A stretch of 64,000 bases of DNA. It comes from Candidatus Sumerlaeia bacterium (GTDB lineage: Bacteria; Sumerlaeota; Sumerlaeia; SLMS01; JANRJK01). Position numbers and translations under genes: made by a program. Location: the NCBI GenBank assembly GCA_033764015.1, contig JANRJK010000036.1, positions 1 through 64,000 of the forward strand. Direction: 5' to 3'. Every line of letters starts with the position of its first letter. Positions within the stretch are counted from its first letter, which is position 1. Of the stretch, positions 28,227 to 37,651 are shown in pieces. The notes under the pieces are model-generated. The model did not search any database and was not told the origin of the DNA. It worked only from the letters and a program-made list of their open reading frames with translations.

Positions 28227-28982
28227 TCAATAGCTAACCCGCCAAGTCGGCGACTCCTCCATCCTGCTCCGCCTCCGGTCATAGAGCCGCGTCGTGCTGA
28301 CGTTTGCGTGGCCGAGCCACTCTTGAACCTTCGCGATGTCGGCTTGGTGTTCCAAGGCGTTCGTGGCGGCGGTTGCGCGGAGTGAGTGGACGCAGAGGCC
28401 GCGGATGTCGATGCCGGCGCGGCGGGCGTGGTGTTGGACGATGTCGCGAAGGATGGACTCGGGATGGAGCGGCTTGTCCAGGTGGCCGCTGCGGCGGTTG
28501 CGGACAGGTCGGAACAGCGGAGTCTCCGGAGGGTTGGTGGTCGCGACGGCGGCGTCGAGATAGTCGTGGATCAGATCGAGCGCGCAGTGGTGCGCGGGGA
28601 TGTAACGCACCTTGCCGCCCTTGCCTTGCACGCGGAGGTGCACCACGCCGCGCCGAGGCTGCAAGTCGCCGAGGGTGAGTCGGCACAGCTCCTCGCGCCG
28701 GAGTCCGTGGTAGAGGAACACGGCGAGGATCGCGCGGTCGCGTTTTCCCTTCAGCGTCGCGGGGTCGGGCGCCTCGAGGAGTTGGCGCGCCTGGTCGTCA
28801 CTGATAGCGGGTGTCTTGCCCTCGTTCGGGTTCTCGATGGCGGGTCGGCGGACGCCGTTCGCAGGGTTGTCGGGGACGGCGTTGCGTTCGCAGAGGTAGT
28901 CAAACAGCGACGCGACGGCGGAGAGCTTGCGGCGGATCGTCGCCGGTGACGCGCCCCGGCGCGCCCGCTCGTCGCGCCAAGT
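28227..28982 (-). pseudogene. 5'-truncated tyrosine recombinase (integrase/resolvase)
   Basis: The frame encodes WRDE..RG.SPATIRRKLSAVASLFDYL...NPANGVRRP...RDRAILAVFLYHGLRREE, GKGGK, HSLR, LGHA and TTRLY. No start codon lies between the homologous region and the upstream in-frame stop at 29010-29012. Confidence 0.8.
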
Positions 28983-29138
28983 GCGGGGTTGGGGATGTTC
29001 GCGAGCCGTTCATTCCAGAGCGGCGCATCTGCCCGCAGTCGAAACCCGGCGCCGGATGCGGGCCCCCGTCCCACTTCCCGTTGCTCGCGCGCTCCGGGGC
29101 TGGTCCGCTGTTCCGAGCGAACTTCCCGGAGCCCGACC

Positions 29139-30140
29139 ATGACCGCTTTCCGCACCGCCCTGTTGACCGCCGCCGCGCTCGCCGCCGCCTTCGCGGGCCG
29201 CGCGCAGGAGGAGCAGGTGCCGTCGCCCTACGACGCCGAAGCGCGCGCCCGCGACCGCGTGTTCGTGTGGCAGCTCGAAGGCGGCGGCGAGGTGTACGGG
29301 CGCCTCGCGAAGGAAACCGCCGAGGCGGTCTTCGTCGACATCGGCCCGGAGATCGTCCGCATCCCGCTCGCGTCCGTGGCGAAGCGCCTCGATCCGTCGG
29401 AGGCGGAGGTGGCCGCGGCGAAGGTGTCCGTCGCCGATTCGCCAGGGTTCCAAGCCGCCAACGGCGCGCCCGCGCTGGGCCGCGTGGAGACGCTCGAACG
29501 CGCGAAGCGCAGCGTGGTGCTGGTTTCGAACCCGCGCGGGCTCGGCTCGGGCTGGGTGCTCGACGGCGACGGGCGCATCGTGACGAACCACCATGTGATC
29601 GGGAACGAAAAGCTGCAAACGGTGACGGTCTTCGTCCCGGACGGGAAGGGTCAGTGGGAGCGCAAGCGCTTCGACGACTGCCCGGTTGAGTCGTTCAGCT
29701 CGCTCTACGACATCGCTGTGGTGCGGCTCGATCCGGAGCGCGCGAAGGAGGAGGGCGTCGAGTTGCAGCCGCTCCCCGTGGCGGAGCCAGGAACGCTGGA
29801 CGCGGGCGATCCGGTCTTCGCGATCGGCAATCCCGGCATGGGCGGGCGGGTGCTGGAGCACACGATCTCCGAAGGCATCGTCTCGTCCCTCGCGCGCAAT
29901 TTCAGCGACGTGATCTATGTGCAGACCACCGCGGCGGTGAACCCGGGAAACAGCGGCGGTCCGCTCCTGAATGACAGCGGCCAAGTGGTCGGGCTGATCA
30001 CACTCCGCGCGGTGTTCCAGGAGGGCATCGCGTTCGCGCTGCCCACGTCGCACATCCAGTTGTTCTTGAAGAATTCGCAGGCCTTCGCATTTTCCGAAAC
30101 TAATCAGAACCTCGGATTCCGGTACCTGCCGCCGGATTGA
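29139..30140 (+). CDS. Secreted trypsin-like (S1C/HtrA-type, no PDZ) serine protease
   Basis: Signal peptide; GSGW, TNHHV, DIAVV, AIGNP and NPGNSGGPL. Confidence 0.92.
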   Translation: MTAFRTALLTAAALAAAFAGRAQEEQVPSPYDAEARARDRVFVWQLEGGGEVYGRLAKETAEAVFVDIGPEIVRIPLASVAKRLDPSEAEVAAAKVSVADSPGFQAANGAPALGRVETLERAKRSVVLVSNPRGLGSGWVLDGDGRIVTNHHVIGNEKLQTVTVFVPDGKGQWERKRFDDCPVESFSSLYDIAVVRLDPERAKEEGVELQPLPVAEPGTLDAGDPVFAIGNPGMGGRVLEHTISEGIVSSLARNFSDVIYVQTTAAVNPGNSGGPLLNDSGQVVGLITLRAVFQEGIAFALPTSHIQLFLKNSQAFAFSETNQNLGFRYLPPD

Positions 30141-30435
30141 CCCCCGCATCCAGCTCGGAGGTGTTCCAATGATGCGGGAATCGATCTCCGCATCGCGGGA
30201 GTATCCCTGTTTCCTTGCGCACCTGGTGGATGATGTAGCCAACGAAGAGGGCTTTTCCGGCATTCCGGCCACGGGGAACGACCCAGGTTCGAGAGTCCGA
30301 CGCCCTAGTCCAAGCATCGCGACGCAGTGCCTCGGAATTCGCCTTGCGCGGCGAAATCGCGGAGGTTCCATATCGGTGCACGCTGTCCACTTCGCGTAGG
30401 GTAAGACCCCGCGCCATCCCCCAAGGAGTGCTCCG

Positions 30436-31710
30436 ATGCGCCTCGACAGCTTCGCCCCGATCGCCGCCGCCGCCACCCTCGCCGTTGCCACGCCCGCCCT
30501 TGCGGGCCAGACCCCGGGACCGGTCGGACCGGACCTCGCGATCGAGCTCCGCGGGTCCAGCGGCGGTTTCGAGCCCGGATTCCCCTACCTCGAAGGCTAC
30601 GCGAACCTCGACGGGTTCAACGAGATGACCGGAAGCACCATCCGCACTCGCGGCACGTCGCCTGCGGAGGGAATCAGCGCGACCGACTCCTTCGGGCGCA
30701 CCGTGACCCTTGATGTGAGCGGCATGACGTCGGACCGCCGCGGCCTCATCCGGGGCAACGCGGTGCTCCGCTTCATCGACCTCAAGGGGCAGGAGCAGGC
30801 GATCACGCTTCCCGTCACCGGCTCGTCCAATTACAACGAAACGCAGACGCTGCGCTACGAAGCGCCGACCCGTGGCATCGGCCCGGCAGGCAGCCTCGTC
30901 GTGGACTACTCCGAGACCGTGCTGGCCTCCATGAGCGGCAACGCGGGCGGGCGCGAAGGCATCCGCTCCGCCGTGTTCGTGCTCGTGGTGAACGACACGG
31001 AGGCGGAGACCTTCGACGTGAGCGGACCGCGCTCCGGCCGCCGTCCCGGAGGGTCCTGGACCACTTCGAGCGAACGCGGCGACCTGGTGGAGCCCCTCGA
31101 AAACCTCGACGCGTGGTTCGGCGCTCGCATCCTCTTCAACGACCCGTCGGAGCCGGACCTTCTGGCGGTGAACACCGACCTTGAAGTCAGCGGCCTCTTC
31201 CTCAACTACGGCCTGCTCGGGATGGGCCAGATCCTGTCCCACCGGTACCGCTCCAACGGCAACTTCAACGGCATCTTCAACCCGCTGCTCGCCTCGACGA
31301 ACGGCGACGAGGACTTCACGGGCGGCTTCGGCGGCTTCACCGGAACGCAAGCGTTCGACTCCGGCACCGGCCGCGGCGAAGGGCAGTTTTTCATCCCGGA
31401 GAACCCCGGTGTGTTCTCCGCCGTGGCCCAGCAGGCGGACTACCGCGGGGCGATCTCCTGGTACCACGGCGCCGACAGCTTCACGCGCGACCTCGACTTC
31501 GACTTCTTCCTGACTGACATCCTGTTCATCGACCTGCGCTCGGCCTACTTCTCCGGCCCGGGGGCGCAGACCCTCGCGGTCAACACCGTGCCGTGGGCGG
31601 TCCTCCGCGCCTTCTACGGCTTCGAGGGCGCTCCGCCCGCCCCGGCGCCCGTGGCCGTCGACCGCGACCGGACCGCGAAGAGCCCCGGCGAGGAGCAGGT
31701 CGAGCGCTGA
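30436..31710 (+). CDS. Secreted hypothetical protein
   Basis: AAGGAG RBS; signal peptide ending ALA; beta-rich composition; followed by a terminator. Confidence 0.8.
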   Translation: MRLDSFAPIAAAATLAVATPALAGQTPGPVGPDLAIELRGSSGGFEPGFPYLEGYANLDGFNEMTGSTIRTRGTSPAEGISATDSFGRTVTLDVSGMTSDRRGLIRGNAVLRFIDLKGQEQAITLPVTGSSNYNETQTLRYEAPTRGIGPAGSLVVDYSETVLASMSGNAGGREGIRSAVFVLVVNDTEAETFDVSGPRSGRRPGGSWTTSSERGDLVEPLENLDAWFGARILFNDPSEPDLLAVNTDLEVSGLFLNYGLLGMGQILSHRYRSNGNFNGIFNPLLASTNGDEDFTGGFGGFTGTQAFDSGTGRGEGQFFIPENPGVFSAVAQQADYRGAISWYHGADSFTRDLDFDFFLTDILFIDLRSAYFSGPGAQTLAVNTVPWAVLRAFYGFEGAPPAPAPVAVDRDRTAKSPGEEQVER

Positions 31711-31737
31711 TCCCGGCGGTGCTTGGACGGAGTTGGA

Positions 31738-31767
31738 CGGGGGGGCTTCGGCCCCCCCGCTTTCGTT
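31738..31767 (+). terminator. Rho-independent terminator
   Basis: G/C stem with a cTTCGg loop followed by ctttcgtt. Confidence 0.7.
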
Positions 31768-31879
31768 GACGGGTGGAGGCGCGGCACCGGGCGGCGCAGT
31801 CGACAAGCCTTGCCATGGCCCGCGCCCCGCGCGTGAATCGCACAGACCAGCGAACGACGACGCACGGAGCGGACGGCAG

Positions 31880-34330
31880 ATGGCGGCAGCCCCGAAAACG
31901 CTAGGCGATTACGACGTCCAACGGGACCCCCGCGGGCTCCGATTGGTGCGCCCGCCGGCGGCGAACATGCCGCCGGTCACACCGCTCATGTTCTTCACGC
32001 TCACGAAGCCGGGCTCCGCCCCGGGACTCTTCACCATCGAGCGCGTCGCCAACGCGCCCGAGGGCGGCATCGACATCCACGGGTACTTCACCGACCGCGT
32101 CGCGCTGGACGGCAATGTGATCTACCGCCCGGACGTCGACGGGCTGGAATTCACGCTCCAGATCGAGAACGCCACGGAGGACATGGACCTCCGCCTCGGC
32201 GCGTTCCTCGAGCTCACCGGCGAGGCGGACCCGCGCTGGCTGATCCCGGGCCTCTTCTACCGCGAGAACAAGCCCGCCGGCTGCCAGCTCGCATTCCCCG
32301 CGTACCACGAGTTCACCCGCGAGCCCCGCCAGCTCGTCTCCAGCCACTGGTCCTTCCGCTCCGACCGCGCCGCGACACCCGCGGTGTTCTCCTGGACCTA
32401 CGGCTGCTTCGCGTTCTTCTCGACCGCGGAGTCCTTCGGCGTGACCCCGGACCATCCCGAGGGCGCCGGCATGACGTCGCTTTACATGGCCCTCGAGGAC
32501 GGCAACCCTCGGCTCGGGGGAGAATACCCCTACCGCGAGGCGCCCGCCAAGTTCTCCTTCTGCCACGACGACGGCATCGATCCGGAGGAGACCTTCCTGC
32601 ACCTCCCGATGCGCACTCCGCTGCTCATCAACTTCGTCGTGGGCTTCGCCCCGCCGGACCTGCACGCCTACGACCGCGTACTGCGCGGCATCGCGAAGCG
32701 CAACACGCGCTTCCACACGATCCGCGGCAAGGGCACGCCGGTCGACGCGGAGCGCTGCGCGCACATCGGCCTCTTCAAGTGGCACTACAACCCGCCCACG
32801 CAGGCGATCTACGAATCCGCCGTGTTCGACCGCCACTTCGGCCAGAACGGGTCGCACTTCGAGCGGACGCACATGCACACCGGCGGCAAGTCCGGCGCCT
32901 TCCCCGCCTATGTGCTCCTCTGGGGAGGGCGCGAGGCGCAGCACCAGCCCTCCATCGAGGCCGGCATCCGCGTCCTCGACAAGATCTCGAGCGAACTCTC
33001 CCCCGCCGGCACGGTGTTTCCGATGTGGACGGAGGAGTTCGGCTGGTCCTGCAGCTTCGGACCGGAGGAAGGCACCGCGCACTCGCGCACCGTGGCGGAG
33101 GCGGTCTTCTTCCTTACGCGCGCCGCGCGCCTCGAACTTAAGGCGGACCTCACGCGCGAGCAGTGGCTCGGCGCCATCGCATCCTCGGTGAACTACGCGA
33201 TGTCGGCGCAGCGGCAGGACGGCGCCTTCCCCTCCTACTTCGACCTGACGACGGGGCGCCCGACCAGCTACGAAGGCTTCGCCGGCGCGGCGTGGATCCC
33301 CGCCATCGCGGCGGCCTCCGCGATCCTGTACCGCCCACACTTCCGCGAAGTCCTCGTCGCCGCCGCCACCTACTACATGGACCTCATGCAGCAGGAGTTC
33401 CTCTGCGGCTCGGTCGAGGACCAGCCCCTCGTGCCCACCTGCGACGACGCGCACTGGGCGGTGATCGCCTTCCTCACGATGTACGAGTTCGACCGCGACC
33501 CGCGCTGGCTCGCGCTCGCCATCAAGGCGGCGGACTACGCGCTCACCTGGCGCTTCACCTACAACGTGTCGTTCCCCAAGGGAACGTTCCTCGGCAAGAT
33601 GGACTTCAAGACGCGCGGCGGCGACATCTTCTCCGTCGCCAGTCCGTACCTCTGCTGCAATGGGCTCGTTTCCTACCCCGAGTTCCTCAAGCTCTCCGCG
33701 CTCACCGGCGACAAGTACTACAAGGACCGCGCCGAGGACGCGCGCACGTTCGCCTCCCAGCTCGTCGCCACGGAGGAGGCGGACCTCAACGCGCGCATCG
33801 GCATGACCATGAGCCAAGTCTACCACACGGACTGGATCCAGCCCAAGGGACGGGTGCTCGCGACCTCGAGCGCGTACACCTGCGCGCTGATCCGCTACGC
33901 GGAACTGGTGAAGCGCAACCTTGAGATCCCCGCAGCGGTGTTCGAGGGCCAGGACCAGAGCGAGCTCGCGGTCGAGTTCGGCGCCACGCCGGTCCTGTAC
34001 AGCGAAGTGACGCTCACGCCGGACGCGGCGAAGAAGAAGGCCGCGGACGAGGAAGCCATCAAGCCGTCCTTCTCCTCCTTCTCGAAGTTCCTCTCCGAGG
34101 ACAAGCCGGCGCCGCGCCGCCCTACCTCGCGCGGCGGGGACTCGGCCAGCGACGCGACCCCGCTCGGCGTGCCCGGCATGGGCAACACCCCGCTGCCGTT
34201 GCAGACACCGGTCGGCTTCGGACGCGCGGCGAGTTCCGACGCGGTGCCGAAGCCCTTCGGCGGCCCACCCCGCGAGAACGCCTCGCAGGGCGAGGACAGC
34301 GAAGGCGAAATCAAGTACAAGATCTTCTGA
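31880..34330 (+). CDS. Large cytoplasmic hypothetical protein, probable (alpha/alpha)6 six-hairpin glycosidase-like fold, with a disordered tail
   Basis: Motifs SAQRQDGAFP, MYEFDRDPRWLALAIKAAD and LSALTGDKYYKDRAE; P/S/G-rich tail ending EIKYKIF. Confidence 0.75.
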   Translation: MAAAPKTLGDYDVQRDPRGLRLVRPPAANMPPVTPLMFFTLTKPGSAPGLFTIERVANAPEGGIDIHGYFTDRVALDGNVIYRPDVDGLEFTLQIENATEDMDLRLGAFLELTGEADPRWLIPGLFYRENKPAGCQLAFPAYHEFTREPRQLVSSHWSFRSDRAATPAVFSWTYGCFAFFSTAESFGVTPDHPEGAGMTSLYMALEDGNPRLGGEYPYREAPAKFSFCHDDGIDPEETFLHLPMRTPLLINFVVGFAPPDLHAYDRVLRGIAKRNTRFHTIRGKGTPVDAERCAHIGLFKWHYNPPTQAIYESAVFDRHFGQNGSHFERTHMHTGGKSGAFPAYVLLWGGREAQHQPSIEAGIRVLDKISSELSPAGTVFPMWTEEFGWSCSFGPEEGTAHSRTVAEAVFFLTRAARLELKADLTREQWLGAIASSVNYAMSAQRQDGAFPSYFDLTTGRPTSYEGFAGAAWIPAIAAASAILYRPHFREVLVAAATYYMDLMQQEFLCGSVEDQPLVPTCDDAHWAVIAFLTMYEFDRDPRWLALAIKAADYALTWRFTYNVSFPKGTFLGKMDFKTRGGDIFSVASPYLCCNGLVSYPEFLKLSALTGDKYYKDRAEDARTFASQLVATEEADLNARIGMTMSQVYHTDWIQPKGRVLATSSAYTCALIRYAELVKRNLEIPAAVFEGQDQSELAVEFGATPVLYSEVTLTPDAAKKKAADEEAIKPSFSSFSKFLSEDKPAPRRPTSRGGDSASDATPLGVPGMGNTPLPLQTPVGFGRAASSDAVPKPFGGPPRENASQGEDSEGEIKYKIF

Positions 34331-34373
34331 CAACGAGAGCGCGGCACGAAGCCGCGGAACCGAAAGGCATGGC

Positions 34374-34961
34374 ATGGCCCGCACGATCCTGAAGGACAAG
34401 ACCGCCCTCGTGGCGGGAGCCGACAATCCCGCCGGACGCGCCGCGGCGCTGCAGTTCGCGCGCGCCGGGATGCGCATCCTCCTCGTCGGGGACGACGAGC
34501 AGGCGGTGGTGAGGCTCGCCGACGCGATCATCAAGAAGGACGGCGAGGCCGCGGAGCTGCCGCTCGCGCGCAACGAGGCGGAACTCGCCGCGGAGCTGCG
34601 CGCCGCCCGCGACGCCATCGGCCACGTCCATGTGGCGGTGAACTGCTACGCGTTCTCAGCCGGCGAGGGCTCGCCCGAGTGGGCGCTCGCCTTCCAGCGC
34701 GTGCTCGAACCGCTGCTGGCGGAGCGTTCCTTCACCCGCCACCTCCTCGTGATGCCGCACGGCGCGGACGCGCCGGACACGCCGGAAGGCGTCTGGCGCT
34801 GCGTGGTGCAGCCCGGCGCCCCGGTCGCCGCGGAGGGCTCGGAAGGGCTCCGGGCCGGCGCCCTCGCCGACGCGCTGGTCTTCCTTGCCCAGATCCCCCC
34901 GTCCGCGCGCCCCACCCGGGTGCTCCTCGATCCATTCCATGGCGGGGACCATGGCGACTGA
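34374..34961 (+). CDS. Degenerate/short SDR-like Rossmann protein
   Basis: LKDKTALVAGADNPAGRAAALQFARAG N-terminus and an SDR-like C-terminus; no YxxxK seen. Confidence 0.7.
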   Translation: MARTILKDKTALVAGADNPAGRAAALQFARAGMRILLVGDDEQAVVRLADAIIKKDGEAAELPLARNEAELAAELRAARDAIGHVHVAVNCYAFSAGEGSPEWALAFQRVLEPLLAERSFTRHLLVMPHGADAPDTPEGVWRCVVQPGAPVAAEGSEGLRAGALADALVFLAQIPPSARPTRVLLDPFHGGDHGD

Positions 34962-36084
34962 GTCGGGCGCGCGCGAACGCAACTTCCTCCGCGGCATCCC
35001 GGTCACCGTGGCCGCGGAGGGAATCGAGCGCGAACTCTCCGCCATGTGGAAGGCCGCGGACACCTCGGAAGGCGCCGAGGGCGCGGCCGTCACGCGCGTC
35101 TGCCTGTCGAACCTCGTCTGGTTCGGACCCGCCGTCGCCGCGGAGCGCGCGCGCCGGATCCTCTTCGCCGTCGCCCAGCGCCAGCCCAGCCGCATCGTCC
35201 TCGTCGAAGTGGACGGCGAGGACCCGGCGGACGAGCTCGTCGAAGCCTTCGTCAACGCGCACTGCTTCGTCTCCGGCGCGGACCGCCACCAGGTGTGCTC
35301 GGAACTGATCCACCTGCGCGTCGGCGCGGCGACCGTCAAGCACCTCTCCGGCCTCGTCGCCCCGCTGCTGCTGCCGGACCTGATGACGCTGCTCTGGACG
35401 CATCCGGCGGTGGCGTACTACCGCCGGGGGCTCGAGCAATTGCTGCCGCTGGTGGACCGGTTCGTGACGGAGGCGTCGAAGGCGCCGGACCCGGCGGAGA
35501 CTCTGGCGGAGGTGCTCGCGATGCAGCGCAACGCGGCGACGCTCGCATGGTTCCGCATGGGGTTCGTCCGCGAGCAGATCGCCGCGCTCTTCGACGACGC
35601 GGAGCTCGCCGCCCAGCTCCCGCGCATCGAGTCGCTCACCGTGCAGCACCGCGGCATGAAGGGGAACCCGGAGGCGGCGCTCCGCTGCTCGCTTCTCGCG
35701 GGCTGGATCGCGTCGCGGCTGGGCTGGACGCCGGAGCGCGATCTCGGCGACGGGGGCTACTTGTACCGGGCCGGCGGGCGCGGGATCGAGGCCCGGATCG
35801 TCGCGGCGGGGCACTCGCGCGACGCCGCGTTGGAGTCGGTCGAGTTCCGCTGCGGCGGCGGCGTGCGGTTCTCGGTCGAGCTGCCCTCCTCGTCGAAGCG
35901 CATCGAGCGGCACATCAGCGGCCTCGCGCATGCGATGTCGCCCAGCGTGGTTGCGCTCAGCGAATTCGCGGAGGCGGACGCGCTCGAGGCGGCGATGGCG
36001 GCGCGCTTCGGGCGACGGCTCTTCGAAGAGGCGGCGCGGGCGGCGCTGCCGTGGTTCCGGAGCATGGTCCGCCCCGGCCCCTGA
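34951..36084 (+). CDS. opcA: Glucose-6-phosphate dehydrogenase assembly protein OpcA
   Basis: IERELSAMW, TRVCLSNLV, QPSRIVL, CSELIHL, PLLLPDL, LAWFR and LLAGWIASRLGW. Confidence 0.85.
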   Translation: MATESGARERNFLRGIPVTVAAEGIERELSAMWKAADTSEGAEGAAVTRVCLSNLVWFGPAVAAERARRILFAVAQRQPSRIVLVEVDGEDPADELVEAFVNAHCFVSGADRHQVCSELIHLRVGAATVKHLSGLVAPLLLPDLMTLLWTHPAVAYYRRGLEQLLPLVDRFVTEASKAPDPAETLAEVLAMQRNAATLAWFRMGFVREQIAALFDDAELAAQLPRIESLTVQHRGMKGNPEAALRCSLLAGWIASRLGWTPERDLGDGGYLYRAGGRGIEARIVAAGHSRDAALESVEFRCGGGVRFSVELPSSSKRIERHISGLAHAMSPSVVALSEFAEADALEAAMAARFGRRLFEEAARAALPWFRSMVRPGP

Positions 36085-36087
36085 GCC

Positions 36088-36972
36088 ATGCTCGCCGAGC
36101 GCGCGGGGCGCCTGCTGCTGCGGTTCCTGCTGGGCTTCGGCCCGCTGAGCCCGGAGTGGGAGGACTCGGTGCTGATCGCGCTGCGCCGGCGGCTGCGGTC
36201 GCGGGGGACTCGGTGGCAGATCGCGGCGCTGCTGCTCGCGGGCGTGGCGGTGCAGTGGTTCTTCGTCGCGAGGGAGCTGCCCCATCTCTCGGGCGCGAGC
36301 GCTGCGGAGGCGCTTGCCGCGGTTTGGCCGGACTTGTTCGGCGCCGCAATCGTGTGCTGCGCGGCCGCTTGGGCTTGGGCGTGCTGGTATGGCGAGCGCC
36401 AGGTCGAATTGGACGCGGCGCTACTCGCGGAAGTGCGCCGCACTCTGATCCATCCTTACCACTACTTCACACTGCTGGCGGGTCCGCCGGTGCTGATCGC
36501 GCAGGGTGTGTGGGCGGCGCTGACGCTTGGGATCGCGGCGTTTGCCGGGGTTGCGGCGGTGTCTTCCAGCCTCGAAGGCCCATCCGGGTGGCGAGAAGCG
36601 GCCTCTCTGCTGGCCGCGTGGCTGGCATTCGCGTTCGCTTTGGTGGCCTGCGGCGTGGCGGGACCTCGCGGGTGGACCTTCACCTATGCGCACGAGAGGT
36701 TTCGCCCGGATCTGCGTGCGATGCGGCGCATTCCCAAGCTGCCGCTGTTCCAGGTTGGCTATCTTGCATTCCTCTCCTTTTGGATGATGCCGGGCGCTAT
36801 GGTGAAGCTCATAAACCTCACGGGGGGACTCGATTCATCGGTTGCAACCGGCCTTTGGTTGTGGACCGCCCTCATGCTGATTGGGGCGCTAACCTCGCGG
36901 CTCGGCACCTACGGCGACAAAATCCGGGAAAGCTACCGCATCGGACTGATGTGGGCCGACGACCGCGAGTGA
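36088..36972 (+). CDS. Integral membrane hypothetical protein
   Basis: Several hydrophobic helices; starts 3 bp after opcA. Confidence 0.65.
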   Translation: MLAERAGRLLLRFLLGFGPLSPEWEDSVLIALRRRLRSRGTRWQIAALLLAGVAVQWFFVARELPHLSGASAAEALAAVWPDLFGAAIVCCAAAWAWACWYGERQVELDAALLAEVRRTLIHPYHYFTLLAGPPVLIAQGVWAALTLGIAAFAGVAAVSSSLEGPSGWREAASLLAAWLAFAFALVACGVAGPRGWTFTYAHERFRPDLRAMRRIPKLPLFQVGYLAFLSFWMMPGAMVKLINLTGGLDSSVATGLWLWTALMLIGALTSRLGTYGDKIRESYRIGLMWADDRE

Positions 36973-36973
36973 C

Positions 36974-37498
36974 TCAGCGCACCTCGCGCAGCGCCGCCGC
37001 CAGGTGCGACAGCTCGGGGGCGATCAGCTTGCCCATCGCGAGGCGCACGCCGGCGTTCGTGCCCGGCATGGAGAAGATGGCCGTGCGCCCGCGGATGCCG
37101 GCGACCGCGCACGAGAGCGTCGCCGCCGCGCCGATGTCGTGCCACGCCAGCAGGCGGAAGATCTCCCCGTAGCCCGGCAGCGGGCGCACGATCACCGCGC
37201 AGAGCGCCTCGTAAACGCCGTTGTACGCGGTCACCTCGTCGCCGCCGTTCACCAGCACCGCGCCGAACGCGCCGCTGTCGCAGAGGTCCGCCACGCGCCG
37301 CGCCAGCGAATCGGGATCGTCCGGCACGATCTGCTGCGAGCCGATGGTGGCGCCGAGCTTCGCGCAGTAGTCGCGCAGCAGCGCGCCGGGGCGGTCCGAG
37401 GCCTCGTCCAGCGAGTTGCTCACGGTGAGGATGGCGACCACAGGCGGATCGACGTGGGCGCGCTCCTCGCGGATCGCGTCGGGGTGGTAGATCGACAT
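36974..37498 (-). CDS. moaB: MoaB/MogA molybdenum cofactor biosynthesis family protein
   Basis: VAILTVSNS, IVPDD, LPGYGEIFR and IFSMPG. The usual GGTG motif is altered to NGGDE. Confidence 0.8.
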   Translation of the reverse strand: MSIYHPDAIREERAHVDPPVVAILTVSNSLDEASDRPGALLRDYCAKLGATIGSQQIVPDDPDSLARRVADLCDSGAFGAVLVNGGDEVTAYNGVYEALCAVIVRPLPGYGEIFRLLAWHDIGAAATLSCAVAGIRGRTAIFSMPGTNAGVRLAMGKLIAPELSHLAAALREVR

Positions 37499-37651
37499 GG
37501 TGGCTCCCTCCTAGGTGCCTCGCTGCCGCTCGGTTGGATGACCGGTAGCATGGGGCGCGGCCGCGACGGTGCCAACGGGGAAGGCGGTTCCCGTTGCGGA
37601 GCGCGACGCCGCGGTGCATGAGGAGGCCAAGTCCACCCGGGGAGCGCGCAC

